The notes: generated by a model not told the origin, from the letters alone. A stretch of DNA of 64,000 bases from Sphaerodactylus townsendi (GCF_021028975.2 NC_059435.1:32488001-32552000); one strand, 5' to 3'. Positions 1 to 13,269 are shown, numbered from the stretch's first letter. Made by a program: numbers and translations.

Positions 1-1480
1 TCTAATCATTAAAAAGCATGCCTTCAATTTGATGCACATCCAATCTTACAACAAAAATATTATATATCAGCAGATGGGCATCTTGAACATAAACTGATCA
101 TGACAATACTGAATAGTTATGTTGGGGAAAATGCTTAATGCTTCCATCGCCACACTGCAAAGAAAAACCTTGCTCAGTTTGCACTTTCCTCTTAATCTCC
201 TGTCTCTCCAAACCAACAGTCAAATTTGTCCTGCAGAATAAGAGTGTGACTTTGCATACAAAATGTGCTCCAACTGAGCCACTTCTGAGTAGCTGAAGAC
301 ATTTAAAACAGAGAAGCAATCGTGCCTCTAGGATCTAGCTCTACTGGTACAAATATTTCCTTCTGGTGTGTGATTGACTCCTTCTGAGCTATTGTTTCAT
401 GCTTGGTCCCCCTGAGCATGGCAGAGACAAAGCTAGGGTAGTACATTTCACTGAGCTCTGGTGCATTGACAAGAGTGAGTTTGGGGCTGCACAAGGTCAT
501 ACCAGCTTGAAAAAGGATGCTGCAGATTTCAGAAACTGTGAACAAAACTCACAACCGTTCAATAATCCAAATGGCACAACAAAAATTCCCCATGACCTTG
601 CAAAATAAATGTAACGTATACCGGTACTTATTTCTTGGTTAGTAATGCTTCATTAACCCAACAGCTGGGATTTGTTTAAACTTACCTGGTAAACCAGATT
701 TAAAAAACCAACAACTTTACAGGAAACTTATCAAAATAAGAATCGTCCAACCAAGACCTAGTAGATCTACACCAGCAGATAATGTATAAAGCAGCTGTGA
801 TCCATCATCTTGCATGCCTCTGAATATTTTAACAATTCAGTAAGGTTCCTTTTTTCCTTACTGAAGACCTTTTTATTTTACAAAGAAAGGAAAAAATGTA
901 ACAAGAGGAACAGCAACAGATGTGTTATTCATTTTTGTAATTCAGAATACATGGGGGTATAATTTTCTTGCTCCCAAATGTAGAATTCTGAGATTATACA
1001 AAGTGTACTTAACTTTGCAATTCCCTTACCGTCATTAATGAAGACCACTCTCCCCCTCAAAAATGTCCCCAATAGCATATCTATTAACATCATCATGCAG
1101 TTGAAATGATATCAAATTTAGGGAGTTTCCCTAAGGGCACTTGCAGAATGAAGATGTCTTCAGCACACCTGGCATCTGTCAACCACTTGGGGATGACTCT
1201 GAAACCCTCTGCTAGTACAAACAAAGGGCCAGTAGTTTTATGGATCAAAATAAGTGTTACTCTTCAAAGAAGGGAATTTAAAAGAATCATAGAACAAAAA
1301 CCACATAACCTGGAACTCATTCCATTGTAATGCTAAACTGTTGACTAAGAAGACCAGGAATCCATTACTAGAAATCTCTTACAGTGGCTACAGAAAACCA
1401 TGCTGCCACATATCAAGCCACATATCTGTACCACACTGATGGTAGAATCCTTTTTATCAGATCAACACAAATGAGCCAAC
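1..1480 (+). mobile_element. Highly decayed L1-like LINE, 3' part of ORF2
   Basis: Degenerate translation near 1225-1420 (LWIKISVTLQRREFKRIIEQKPHNLELIPL, then an LTVA-like stretch) resembles the reptile L1 ORF2 C-terminus. Many stops and frameshifts. Confidence 0.35.
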
Positions 1481-1793
1481 TGTCCCTGATTTAGACCATT
1501 CATCCTGGGATGGTTTAATTAGCAGTTCTCACAAAATCTGAAATCTGAGCTATGTTGCCCTGCCTGTAGATAATATTTAGGAACAATGCATACGATGGTA
1601 AAATGCATTGAACTGATATCATCTAAGTTCTCTAACGACCAGTCTACCAATCTGTACCTGAAATCACTTCAATAAACAGTTAAAGAACACAGATGTCTGA
1701 GTAACGGTAAGTAACTGCTACATCCTGGTGAAACTTTCCCACTTATAATAACACCAGAAAAGTGTGTGTGGATGTGAACAAATGCTCACTTAC

Positions 1794-1844
1794 TGTTGGT
1801 TGCATAACATATGACGGATGAGGCATCCATGAAGTACTCTGAAC
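1794..1844 (-). CDS. RBMS3: RBMS3 internal coding exon, 51 nt
   Basis: Branch-like gctaat, acceptor ggtgctttctgatatacag, donor ACA|gtaagt. Encodes VQSTSWMPHPSYVMQPT, symmetric phase 0-0. Confidence 0.95.
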
Positions 1845-1899
1845 CTGTATATCAGAAAGCACCATATTAGCATAAGAGCGTGCAAAACAACGACTGAGC

Positions 1900-2330
1900 T
1901 TTGAATAAAACATAGAACAGATCGAGTCCTTGGTGCTCCACTTTGGAAAGTGATGCTGTCCTAATTCCATACGTCAATCAAGTTGAAGAATTTGGTCAGA
2001 TTCTCCCCCAAGTTTGGGACTGTAAACTTTAATGGCAGAATCCATCTCAAGACATGAAAGGCAAGTCTGTACAAGACCGTGGCTGAACAAATCCCTGCCA
2101 ACCACAACAGAAGGGCTGACCAGAATGAGGATCTGTATTAGTCTACCCAGAAGAGAGAGGAAGTTGCAGGGTTGATGTCAGTGGCAAACAGTACATCAAA
2201 ATCAACCATGAACAAATAATCAAGGCTGCATATAGTGATTATTTCTGGCTTTCGCTGCCTCGGAGCTGAAGGGTGACTAGATGCCGGCGTCCTTGTCCTC
2301 TACATCAGCAGAGTTATCTCTTACACTGGC
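1900..2330 (+). mobile_element. Decayed RTE-clade LINE fragment (post-RT region)
   Basis: Frameshifted remnants resembling YLGS..., K.KLYKTVV and ..EERKL motifs of the RTE ORF C-terminus. Confidence 0.4.
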
Positions 2331-2745
2331 AAGAGGGGGCAAAGACACTGGTGTGAGGCTGTGCCACATTCAAACAATGATCCCCCCCCTTTGAATGGGG
2401 CCGATAGTTAAAAATAGAACAGTATCTTTCCCCCACTGACTGAATATTATTAGCTGTTTTCCAAGAAAAGTTCAGTTTCTCAACCAGTAATTTAACGGCC
2501 CCTAGATAATAAATTTGTTTTTGAAAAAAAAATTGAAAGTACGATTTTCTCTTCTTAGTGAGCCTTCAGACTTGAAGTCAGGTGCTGAACAGCAAAGTGA
2601 GGAGGTTGCATGCAGGGTCCAAGATTATATAGATGCAGGTCCATTCTCCTGCTTTTTAACTATTTCCTCACCAGAGCTCCAACAACAAGACTGATACTTA
2701 AGATGCAGTCCTAGGCCTCTTGTGGCTATCCTATTCCATGCCTTT

Positions 2746-3258
2746 AAGAACATAAGAACATAAGAACTAGCCTGCTGGATCAGACCAGAGTCCATCTAGT
2801 CCAGCACTCTGCTACTTGCAATGGCCCACCAGGTGCCTTTGGGAGCTCACATGCAGGATGTGAAAGAAATGGCCTTCTGCTGCTCCTGAGCACCTGGTCT
2901 GCTAAGGCATTTGCAATCTGAGATCAAGGAGGATCAAGATTGATAGCCATGTCCAAGCCCTTTTTAAAGCTATCCAGGTTAGTGGCCATCACTACCTCCT
3001 GTGGCAACATATTCCAAATACCAATCACATGCTGCGTGAAAAAATGTTTCCTTTAGTTAGTCCTAATTCTTCCCCCCAGCATTTTCAATGAATGCCCCCT
3101 GGTTCTAGTATTGTGAGAAAGAGAGAAAAAATTCTCTCTGTCAACATTTTCTACCCCATGCATAATTTTATAGACTTCAATCATATCCCTCCTCAGCCGT
3201 CTCCTCTCCAAACTAAAGAGTCCCAAATGCTGCAGCCTCTCCTCATAAGGAAGGTGCT
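2746..3258 (-). mobile_element. CR1 LINE 3' end (ORF2 C-terminus, 3'UTR and tail repeat)
   Basis: ORF LPYEERLQHLGLFSLERRRLRRDMIEVYKIMHG...TRTRGHSLK is the classic CR1 C-terminus. Ends in (aagaacat)n on the + strand. Confidence 0.92.
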
Positions 3259-3602
3259 TTAATAAGTGATTGCACATACATCAGAGAATATCACAGAAAC
3301 TCCCAGACATTTCATCCAATTATAAGAGGTGGTAAAAAAAAACTGGAGGCAATGCAAGCTGACCATTCATTAGCTGTTTGGATAAACAGGCATAGTCTTG
3401 TTCCTGTCATATTTCAGTATTAAAGTTCACTGTAGTAATTTCCATTATCAACTATATTTCTTGGAAGACATCTGAAATTTTCCTTATAATTTCACAGCAA
3501 GTCAAAGGTTCCCTCCACTACAAATTGGTAATGGCAAAAGGTAGAAAGGCATGATTGAATGCAACTGCAGTCGTGGTTACAGTATGTAATGAAAACTGCA
3601 GT

Positions 3603-3658
3603 TAATCAAAATTACAATATAATATTTTTATAATCAAAATTACAATATAATATTTTTA
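3603..3658. repeat. 28-bp perfect tandem duplication
   Basis: taatcaaaattacaatataatattttta x2. Confidence 0.9.
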
Positions 3659-4648
3659 TATCGAAGAGGAAGCCTAGAAAACGTTTAGTTGCTGTATTTT
3701 CTTCTTGTTGTAAGTGTTGATGAATAAAGTTTACAGCTAGAGGTCAGCAAACATCTGGCACCTGTCGATATGAATTCTCAGAATTCATACATAATAACAT
3801 GGTTATTAAATGAATAAACAATCTAAGACAGGCATAATCTATTTAAATATGGAACTGTGCCTTAAACTTAAACAGAACCAAACTTCTTCAACCACATTTT
3901 ATTGCTGCCTTTATTTCTTCTCTTTCATTTTCCTACTGCATAAACTTGAAATCAGCAAATCCTTTCATTCACTTAATATTTTGCCTCTTAACAATAAACT
4001 AGAATTCTTAAAGTACAATCCAGATCTGGGAGGTGGCTGGGGATGGTGCTGCTGCGTCACTGTCACAAGAGAGCTTTTAGGCAGCCGGGAAGGCAGAGAA
4101 ACAAAAAGCCTCCCTGGCAACCTGAAAGCCCCTCCATAAGGGAAAACAGACATAAGTCCATCCTCCCTGCCACCACTGTTCCCACGGCCAAAACCCAGTA
4201 TGGGTAACTAATGTCTGCTCTGCCTCCCGGAAGGCCCCTGGAAGGTTCCCAGTTGCAACGGCCTTCAAGTAGTGGTAGACAGAAGTCCACCTACCTTTTT
4301 GGCCAGCATAGATGCCACTTGCACTGGCCGGGAGAACAAACACAGCGCTGCAAGCCTGTGCCATCTCCTGTGGCCATTCAGCCCCACTCCTCTCTGGGCT
4401 GCCCAAGTTGCATTCAGCAAGCTATTTCACTCAATCTTGTTCCATTCCTTTCCTTAGTAAAGCCCTCAACCCACATGACTTCTATCCCATGATCTCAGAA
4501 CAGCCTTTTTCTGGTGATCAAAAGGAAACTTCTTCCCATTTTAACAAGCAAAAAAGCTGGTTGAAGCCATCCTTTTTTTTGTCCACTTGTTACCTCTCTC
4601 TCCACTTTTACTGACAACTTTGTAAACAAGAGCTACTCTAAACTCTCT

Positions 4649-4709
4649 CCCTTCCCTTCCCTTCCCTTCCCTTCCCTTCCCTTCCCTTTCCTTTCCTTCC
4701 CTTCCCTTC
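4649..4709. repeat. (CCCTT)n pentanucleotide microsatellite
   Basis: Read directly from the sequence. Confidence 0.95.
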
Positions 4710-5340
4710 TTTCTTCCTGCTTTCCTGTCCTTGATACATCAGCTGCTGTTCTTTTCACAGTGAAGTACAGCAGGGTCTAAAATATCAGAATTCCCCGAGA
4801 AAACATCAGCTTTGTCCTGATCTGTTGTGTCTAAATTCTCAGCATTTCTTCAACTTTCTCTGTGGCGATTGAACTGGAATCAAATCAACAATTTCCCCCG
4901 CAACACTTCTTGCAACAAATATCTTTCGAACAACTTGTTTATTCCATAGCAGCATTTCTTCTTCTTTGAGCTATCATCCTACTTTGGTCCAAGTGAATAC
5001 ATACCTGGTTATAGTCATTTGACTGTGTGACCCTGCCCTTTGCTTATGCATTAGTCAGGGGTATTTGTTTTAATATTGTAAGTAGCCAGGGAAAGGTGCT
5101 TGGCACGCGCATCAAGAGACTCAGAATACAATTCAGCAAAGGGCTTTTGTTCAAAACAGCTTTTGTTAAATGAATCTGTTTATGGGCAGATATGATAAGA
5201 AATGTCATCGGAGGTATTTGAGCATGTGATAAAACTAGCTAATGTTTTTGCACACATACAAGCATTTGTATTATTAAGTTAAAGAAATGTAGATCTATCA
5301 CATGGGTACAACATGGTTCATCAAGACAGCATTCCAGGAT

Positions 5341-5480
5341 TTCATTTATTTATTTATCTTTTCATGCATTTTATATGAAACATTTATTAGCTGCCTTTCT
5401 TCCTTACAGAGCTCAAGGTGGCTTCAGCATAGATAAAACACAAAAATAAAATAAAATAAAAACATTTAAAAAAAACAAGA
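5341..5480 (-). mobile_element. L2-type 3' tail fragment
   Basis: tttattt...gctgcctttctc...gagctcaaggtggcttca matches the reverse complement of the squamate L2/SINE 3' terminus. Confidence 0.55.
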
Positions 5481-6009
5481 TTTAAAGTTCGGGTTGTGTA
5501 TTCAGCCAAGTTTCTTCCCCTCCCCCTCACATGCTGACTGGCTGGCTGGATTTCAGAGGTGAAAGGTAGCACATATTTGAATGCTGAACTTAGCTTGGCT
5601 AGCCCAGTATTGAGCTGTGTGCCACCCCTGCCTCCAAAGTCCACCTGGACTCAGAGGCAGCAGATGGCACAAAGTTTAATGCTCTTGATCAGGCCAGGCA
5701 AGTCCAACTTGGGAGCAAGGGAGGATTGCCTCAGCTGGCTCATGGGCCTTACAAGCCCTCTCAAGGCAGTCACCCACCTCATTGCGGGCTTGTTAGTCCA
5801 GGCACAGCTCCCAGTGGTGCTCTTGGGCCACCTGAGGCAGCCACCCCCTCCTCTAGCCCCAGGCTGACCAAATGACAATTATGTTATATCTGGCCCTCAT
5901 AACAAACAAGTTTGACACTCTTGCCCTAATGTGTGCCTTGATGGACAATGGGGTTAGCTAATCTCCACTGCATCGCTCGAAGGTTATTTAATCAGCACTT
6001 TGAGCAGAC

Positions 6010-6580
6010 CATTAATTATCCTATCTGCATCCATCTCAGCAATCAGTCAGTATTCAAGAAAATAGTCCAGGCATCCTCTTAGCTTTTGATGACCCATCAA
6101 GTCTTTCTGATCTTATTGTTGGATCTTCAGAAAATCAATCAATTCTTTGTCTCTGACTTGCCTGCCACCGTGACTCATACCGCCCAGGACACATTTTGGA
6201 CCCATTTGGGGTATAAATATTGGTCCTTTGGTGTGTTCTGGACCCATGCATTCTTAGTTTCCGGAAACACTGGTCATGTTTCTCTTCATGCTGCCTTCAC
6301 TAGACATCCCTTCAAGACTGGCAACTGGCACCCATCCCAGAAACCCTATCGAATTTCCATTTTTTCCTTTTAGTCCTTGTATGCATTGTGTGCATGTGCT
6401 CACTGCCAAATGTATACTCTCTGTTTTCTAAACTTATTATTAATTAAAACACAATTTGTTAATTATACAACTCCCAGTTCATTTGAGAGTTTTTACCTGG
6501 GATTATCCTGGTATGCACAGGTTACTGAACCCACCTACCTCCTCTGCCTCTGTCTATGCAGCTAATTTCCCCCATTAAAA
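6010..6580 (+). mobile_element. Possible solo LTR
   Basis: TATA-like gggtataaat (~6209), later attaaa poly(A)-like signal (~6443) and a U5-like tail. Termini and TSD not resolved. Confidence 0.35.
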
Positions 6581-6599
6581 GTGGAGATCACCTATGTAG

Positions 6600-6930
6600 G
6601 CTAACAACGCTGACTTTGAAGGTGGCAGTGCAGAGCTGAATGATGGGCTCAGTTCAGCAAAGCCTGGTATTCAGCTTTGTACCACCTGCCACCTCTGAGA
6701 CCCTCGTGGAGTTCAGATGCGGATGGAATTTTTTGGGTTAGTTGCAGCTCCCTGAGAAGGTTTTTCCATAATCATGGGGCTGGCACTAAAAAGACCCTTT
6801 CTCATGTACCCAACAATCAAATATCTTTGATTGATGGGAGAGTCAGGAGGCTCCACAAGGACATAGTCATCATGATAGTACAAGGCAGACAGACCATTGC
6901 TTTTACACATACAGGAGAGCAGGAATAGAG
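6600..6930 (-). mobile_element. L2 LINE 3' fragment
   Basis: Minus strand reads ..GLFSASPMIMEKPS.., a decayed form of the L2 RAFSVAAP.LWN.LP terminus. Confidence 0.5.
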
Positions 6931-7810
6931 ACTTACAAAACTAGTTGAGGATACTGTAATACAGAGTGTTTATCAAAAACAACCTCTGACATGTTAGTTA
7001 TGTTAATTAAGATCAGAAATCTTAAATTTACATTGTTACCTATAGTGCTGGTTAATTTTAATGCAGGAGCAAGAACTAAAAAAATGGAAATAAGGTCCTG
7101 TTTGTATTTTATATGAAAAAAATTTCATTATAATACCACTGAAGTCATGAAAAAAAACCATGGATTTCCATTGAAAATCTACTAGCTGCACTTTTAAAAA
7201 ACTGACCATCCCAACAGGTATTCTAATAATGACTTGCCCACATTAGGTATTGGTATAGTAATGGGCTTAGGTTATATCTGCTGACAGGAGAAACACATTA
7301 TTATGGCAAAGTGTAGTTTACAGTCATGTAGTATAGGATCATGGCTTTAAGCTGGACTTTGGTTATGTAAACTGCAATGCAAGTATAAGCATAACAAAAT
7401 TGTTAATTAACTGAGTACTTCAAAAGAGAAATGTAAAAAGTACCATCTTTGGAGGGAAAGTACAAGCTCTGAACAAACATTTACAGTATGATAGAAACAA
7501 AACAAATATTCAAGAAAAATTCTACTCATCATGAAACAAAAAAAATCCCTCTACATTTGATAAACATCAGATGACACCAACAGAATAAAATGTGCTGAAA
7601 AGCTGACAAAATATGACAAACGAATGATAACTATCGTTACTTAGAGAAGCCTCAAGTTCTAGAAACATAGCAAGACTCCTACTAAAACAGTTGCCCAGCC
7701 AAACTGAGCAGCTATGTACTTTTTCCTTCCTTTACACTTCTCCCTTTTAAAACATGCAACTTATAAACATCGAGTTAGGGATATATGTGGCACATGCAAT
7801 TCCAACATAC

Positions 7811-7907
7811 CTGATATGTGGAGACAGGGGAAGCAGCAATGAATGGCGTGATAGATGTCTGTGGGATCATGCGGTTTGTTGCAATACTGTACGGTGAGGA
7901 ATAAAAT
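7811..7907 (-). CDS. RBMS3: RBMS3 internal coding exon, 97 nt
   Basis: Acceptor ttttgttttctgtttgcag, donor CAG|gtatgt. Encodes (G)[32 protein letters not shown]. The phase matches the 47-nt exon (GG|A). Confidence 0.97.
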
Positions 7908-8053
7908 CTGCAAACAGAAAACAAAAGGAAAATTCTTGAGGTGATGGATTGGCATGCCACAATGAGCTATTTCACAGCTATTACCAGTGCAAAACAAAAT
8001 GGGAACCATTATGAACTAATTAAAATCAGGTCTTTCCAAAATGGTATCTTTTA

Positions 8054-8515
8054 GGCCCATTCCACAAGGGCCAGTAAAGTGGCTGCATGCCAGTGGAGCC
8101 CGGGACCATTCGTATGCTTCCATTTGGGCAGCCCTGGAGCTGCTGTGGCCTCCTGTTCTTTCAATGGGAAACCTACTTTCTCTCCCTGCGGAACTCCGCA
8201 GGGATGAGGGGACATGCCCCCATGGTGATGGCCCAAGGGTTGGAGGACAGCGTTGGCATGCCTCCTCATCCCTGCGAAGCTGCACAGGAAGTTTTTTAAG
8301 AACAGGAGGTGCTTAAAAGTGGAGCTGGTGCAAAACATTATTTTTCAAAAACTTCGCTCATTGAGCGAGTTCGAAAAACAGTGCTTCCCCACCAGTTTGG
8401 GGGGGGGGAGCATGGCACTGCCTCGTTTTGGATGCGGCAGCTGTGCAAAGTGCGCGCCAGGAACTGTGTTTTTACTGTGCCTGGGGCGCTGTTTTTGGCC
8501 CGTGCAGAGTGGGCC
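8054..8515. mobile_element. PIF/Harbinger-like MITE
   Basis: TIRs ggcccattccacaagggcca / tggcccgtgcagagtgggcc, with 3-bp TSD TTA on both sides. Confidence 0.8.
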
Positions 8516-9377
8516 TTAACTTTTACATGTGGTAACTCTTTGGATCCTGGCCTTGATGTTGAGAGAATACCCCCTCCCCAAGCCTTTTATTAAAAAGTTT
8601 CAGATTTGTTCTTAGGCTTCCAGGAACCTCAAGAGCAAATAAACTCCGTCTAAAATCTATATTCCAAATGGAATAGATGTAATTAATGAGAGGCCTATGA
8701 GAGAATAAAGTAGAAAGAAACTCTGCCTGATTGGGTTGCTAACTTTAGTTTGGGAAATTCCTATAGATTTGGAGCAGTGCCTATGGAGGACTGCTGTCTG
8801 ACCCACCAGTAAGTTTGAAGGGCTCTAGTTCCAAATAGGAGATGAAACTGTTCTAATGCCATTATTTTGGAAAAAGGAGATTATTTGGTTCTTCCTGCAC
8901 AAAGGAGGATTGGGTACTTCAGAAGGTACTAGACCCCAGAAAGTGTTGACAACAAAAAATTACAATTTGATGAACTCTGCTTCTGATTATACAAATCATA
9001 AGCCACAGCTCTGCGGTTGTATGGTACTAATACAACATAAATCATTAAAACAGAATGAACTTCACTCGTGATTTACTGACATATTGATTATTAAATTGAT
9101 TTAAATGATTCAAACTTATTATTCAATGACAGTTGATTTGATTTTCTTCAGAAACTGGATTATTGATTAATACATTTCTAAAGCCTATGGATAATCAGTT
9201 TAAAAGAATTTAATGCAAGCAAATTAAACCCAAAGCGTATCATGCTTTAAGATACATGAGGAAATAACACTAACTTTAATTTAGCATTAAAAACTAATAA
9301 ACTAAGTTAGTGGGTAATGATATTTGTGATATTTATGATTTATGATGACTGTTTGGTTAATCTGAGATTTTATTCTT

Positions 9378-9380
<3 letters not shown>

Positions 9381-9426
<46 letters not shown>
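9381..9426. repeat. (AC)23 microsatellite
   Basis: Read directly from the sequence. Confidence 0.97.
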
Positions 9427-9428
<2 letters not shown>

Positions 9429-9529
9429 TACACTGCTTTTCTAATTTAGTTTTGCTTCATTGTTTGTTATATATATGATACTATTTTACTGTATGTGGTA
9501 TACTAAATTCCAATACCCACTCCAATACC

Positions 9530-9740
9530 CACTCACAGCACTGCAGCTTGCTGGGTGCCTTTGGGTCACTCACATACTCTCAGCCTTGACCCTACTTAAT
9601 ATTTAGAGGAGAGGCCTCCAAGGAATACCAGGTTCATCACATGGAGGCAGGCGATGGCAAAACATCTTTGAACGTCTCTTGCCTTGAAATCTATGGGGTC
9701 CCCATAAGTCAGCTGTGACTTGATGGCAAAACAAACAAAC
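9530..9740 (+). mobile_element. Squamate SINE fragment with Sauria/RTE-type tail
   Basis: Tail tctcttgccttgaaa..ctatggggtc.ccataagtcagctgtgacttgatggca is shared with the copies at ~16.5, ~17.5 and ~29.1 kb. Confidence 0.7.
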
Positions 9741-11314
9741 AAAAAGTTCAGAGAAATTCCTGAAGAGATCAAATATTGAAATCAAGAAATACTTGGGAAG
9801 ACCAAGGGCTTGGGGTTTGCAACCCAGACAAGAATGAACAAAGTGAATTTAAGGATTACCTGTAAATATTTAAGAGTTTGATAAGGAAGAAAATTGTTAA
9901 ACTACTGAAGAGGGAGAAGGTAGATATCTTCATATAAAAAACCAATTTTTAAAGAGGTGAATCCTGACTAACTGACAATTTATATATTTCAATAGAACTT
10001 TGCATTATTGATTAAAAATTCAAGTATATTTTAATAAATCAATATATCTAATTCTTAATGTGGTCAAATCTGGATACTTAAATCCAGAGATTGGAGTCAC
10101 GAATTGACAAGACCTATCTTTCAACAAACCTGAAAAACAGAAAAATCTGAAATTAAAATAAATTCGCCAAATTACAGCAGCAGCACTTGCAGCTTTAAGA
10201 AATTAAAGCCCCTCATAGCAATTTACCAAATGGATTGGAAAGGATTTAGAACAGAGTACAAAGTTGACCTTAACTTGGAATGTGGCAGACTGTCACTTAC
10301 CCTAAGTTTTGTTCTCTCCTGTACATCTATTCCCATCCTAATAACCTTCACTTAGCAAGACTTGGTAAGTGTAGCAATACCTTGTAGCCTATTGGTAAGG
10401 AAGGCATGTGTCCATCTTGGATACTAGGTGGCAGCCAGGTTGGCTGAAATGACTGACTGGGTGGTTTGTGAAATGAATAATATCTGAATTTAAGCAATAG
10501 AAGCCACGACAGCCTCCTAAAGAAAATATTTCTGAAAGCAAAGAGTGATCAACAAACCATGTGAAAAAGTTGGCTAAAGTATAAAAACAAGCTGTTATCT
10601 GGTCTACGTTCATGAATAGCTTGCTATTATAATAAATTTAATCTAGCTTGTCTATATGGTGATTTTTTTCTCTATTTGGAAAAAGCTTCAATTCAGCAAA
10701 ATGAAAGATTTGATTAAGGAGAATGTAGTTATCTCATGCTGAGAAATGCTGTCTAAAACGTTCCCGTTCAAACTGACTTGGTTTTAGTAATTTTGACTTA
10801 GATCATGTATTTAATAAGATAAGGATAAAATATGTCTCTTTGAGGAACAGCTTGGAATTTATAATTCTAATTATTGCAATGTATCAGAAAGGTATGGTAG
10901 GTAAACTATAGAAGCCATGTCTGGAATTGGACACTACGCTCAAAAAGTATTAAAAAAATTGGCAAAGGATCTTAGCTATGAATGAGAGTTAGGAATAGGT
11001 TTTTAAACATTCTTCTGTTGCAAAGGTGAGTTCAATCATTAAGTAAAATATTTAGTAGTATATGAGTCCTTATGCAGTAAGTAAACATAACAACAACTTC
11101 TGGTGCTGTAGACATGTACAGACATATTTTATATACATACTTCAGACTTATCTGTTGATGTGCCAAAGACCAACTTCAAGCAACACTAGGAGGGAATTAA
11201 GAATTGCCTGAATTTGCTATACTTTGGATGGTAACTGTACTTGTATATTTCTAGTGTCTAAAAATGCTTAGACAGCCTAAACCAAAGGTAGCAGAGTGGC
11301 ATCTGGGTACAGTG

Positions 11315-11621
11315 TACGGTGACCAGCCGTCCCGATTTTCGTGGGACACTCACGCTTTTGCGTAGAGTGTCCCGCGTCCCGCCGGGCTTATGCCATTGTC
11401 CCGATTAGGGACAATGGCCCGCAGCAGCACACTGCCTTTTGCGCGGCGCTCCCCGGTCAGGAAACAGGGAAGCGCCCCAGAAGGCACTGCGGCTGCCGCA
11501 GTGCCTTATGGGGCGCTTCCCTGTTTCCTGACTGGGGAGCGCCGCCGCAAAAGGCAGTGTGCTGCTGCGGGTGCGCGCGCCCCCCCCCCTGCTTTTTAAT
11601 AAGAAAAATCTGGTCACTTCA
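11315..11621. mobile_element. Young non-autonomous hAT (Tip100-like) element with large internal palindromes
   Basis: TIRs tacggtgaccag / ctggtcacttca. Exact 8-bp TSD GTACAGTG (11307-11314 and 11622-11629). CpG-rich interior. Confidence 0.88.
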
Positions 11622-13038
11622 GTACAGTGCCAACTTACTGTCTCCAAAGAGGCAAATGGCAGTGGAGGCACCTTTCTCCCCTGGGAAAGCCCATAACCAA
11701 AAATGTGTTTTTTTGGTAGCATGAATCTGAACTGCTGGGAGGGGACTTTCTTGGGTTGAATGTTTTTGGGGAGGCTCTGCCTCTGGGAATGCCCTCAGAA
11801 TGCACCCTTCCATTTGTGGTGGCAGCCAGCTGCCATAGGGCCCAGCTTCTGGGTTTGGGCACTGTGGCAGCTAGCTACTGAGATAAGTCCCTTAGATTTG
11901 TATGGCACTGGTGGCACAGACACTGGTTCAACCCTTCTGTCATTTCCAATACAGGTTCAGGCCCTCCCTATTTGGACTGAACTGCTAATTTCTGTTTTAT
12001 ATGCATTACATGCAAACTGAATATAAATTTTGATCTGAGCACACTATCTTGAGCACACTGATAGAAAGGTGGGATATCAATATAATAACTATACACTTTA
12101 ATAAATTATTTGAGGGACAGCCTCTTTCCCTAATCTCCACCACAACAACTTGGCTCAAGTCAGCAGGGGCTTCTGAAGGCCAATCACAGAACCTCAGCAT
12201 CATATTACTTTGACCACTGGCTCACACAACAAAATGATTATTAGAGGAGCAGTAAGGTTTGGGGAAATAATAATTAAAGAATATTCAATTAATTTAGGGA
12301 AAAAAGGTATCTAATTGTATGAAGATGGGTGTAGAGAAGAAAGGAAAGGCCAACAATTCTTTTCAGTACCTCAAATAAGATTTTAGAATATCATAGCAGC
12401 ATATTGGACTATGAAAGGAAACACAGAATAAAAAAATCTTTCCATTTCTATTTTCGAACAGCCTGTATAGCTTGACAAGTCATATTTGTGGCTTTAGTTT
12501 TCAACTGGAGCATCATAACATTTTGCAGGTGTTCGCTTTATGAGGTTATGAATAGGCAGAGAGACAATTTTAAATTCCACTAGTGCTCAGTGGGCACTGA
12601 ACAAAACTCTTCTATTGAAAACAGAAGGTGTTTAGAAAAGCATTTATACTTTTCAACTCACCAGTGGCATTAGCAAGTCATACACATTTTCCTTAGCACT
12701 GCTGTGCTGACCATTAAGAGTGACAAAGGCACCGCTCCTTTAAAAATATCCAGGACAGGGCTCAAATTTCTTACAGAACAGTGCTGCTGATATTTTCACT
12801 CACTAGAACATTAAAAACACTGCCAGTTGGGGCTATATAAATGGAAAATTGTTCAGGGTTTTAAAAAAGAAAGCTATGGGGGAACCTCATATTTGAGGCT
12901 TCCTAAGAATCTGTTTTTCATGAGTTCAATCACAGTTGCGACCACAATTGCAGGAAAAGCTAATTTCAACCAAGAATTTGATAGGCTGGGAATTATTTTC
13001 TTTTCTGCAAAAGAGATACATTTAACTAAATGGAAGCT

Positions 13039-13116
13039 TGTGAAATATTTATACACTGACACATAACGCAATTTAATATTTATGTGAAATATTTATACAC
13101 TGACACATAATGCAAT
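13039..13116. repeat. 34-bp direct duplication with 10-bp spacer
   Basis: tgtgaaatatttatacactgacacataa(c/t)gcaat at 13039 and 13083. Confidence 0.85.
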
Positions 13117-13149
13117 CACACTCTCCCTGAAGAGTCCATTGGAATGGAT

Positions 13150-13255
13150 AGCTTTACCAACAGATTAGACAGATTAATGGAGGATAGGTCCATCAGTGGC
13201 TACTAGCCATGGTGATTGAAGCCATGGGACCTTAGAGGTAGTAAATCTCTGAATA
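13150..13255 (+). mobile_element. CR1 3' end fragment
   Basis: gattagacagattaatggaggataggtccatcagtggctactagccat is a typical CR1 ORF2 end and 3'UTR. Confidence 0.7.
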
Positions 13256-13269
13256 TCTCTATCAATACC

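Noticed and set aside
1-1793. Next downstream RBMS3 exon (GAVITPTMDH-type)
   Set aside because: Not found. The strong-looking donor at ~685 (CAG|gtaagt, minus strand) has no RBMS3-like coding sequence or good acceptor.
4995-5060. Donor-like CAG|gtatgt on the minus strand with an upstream gactaat
   Set aside because: No polypyrimidine tract or convincing acceptor, so not called as an exon.
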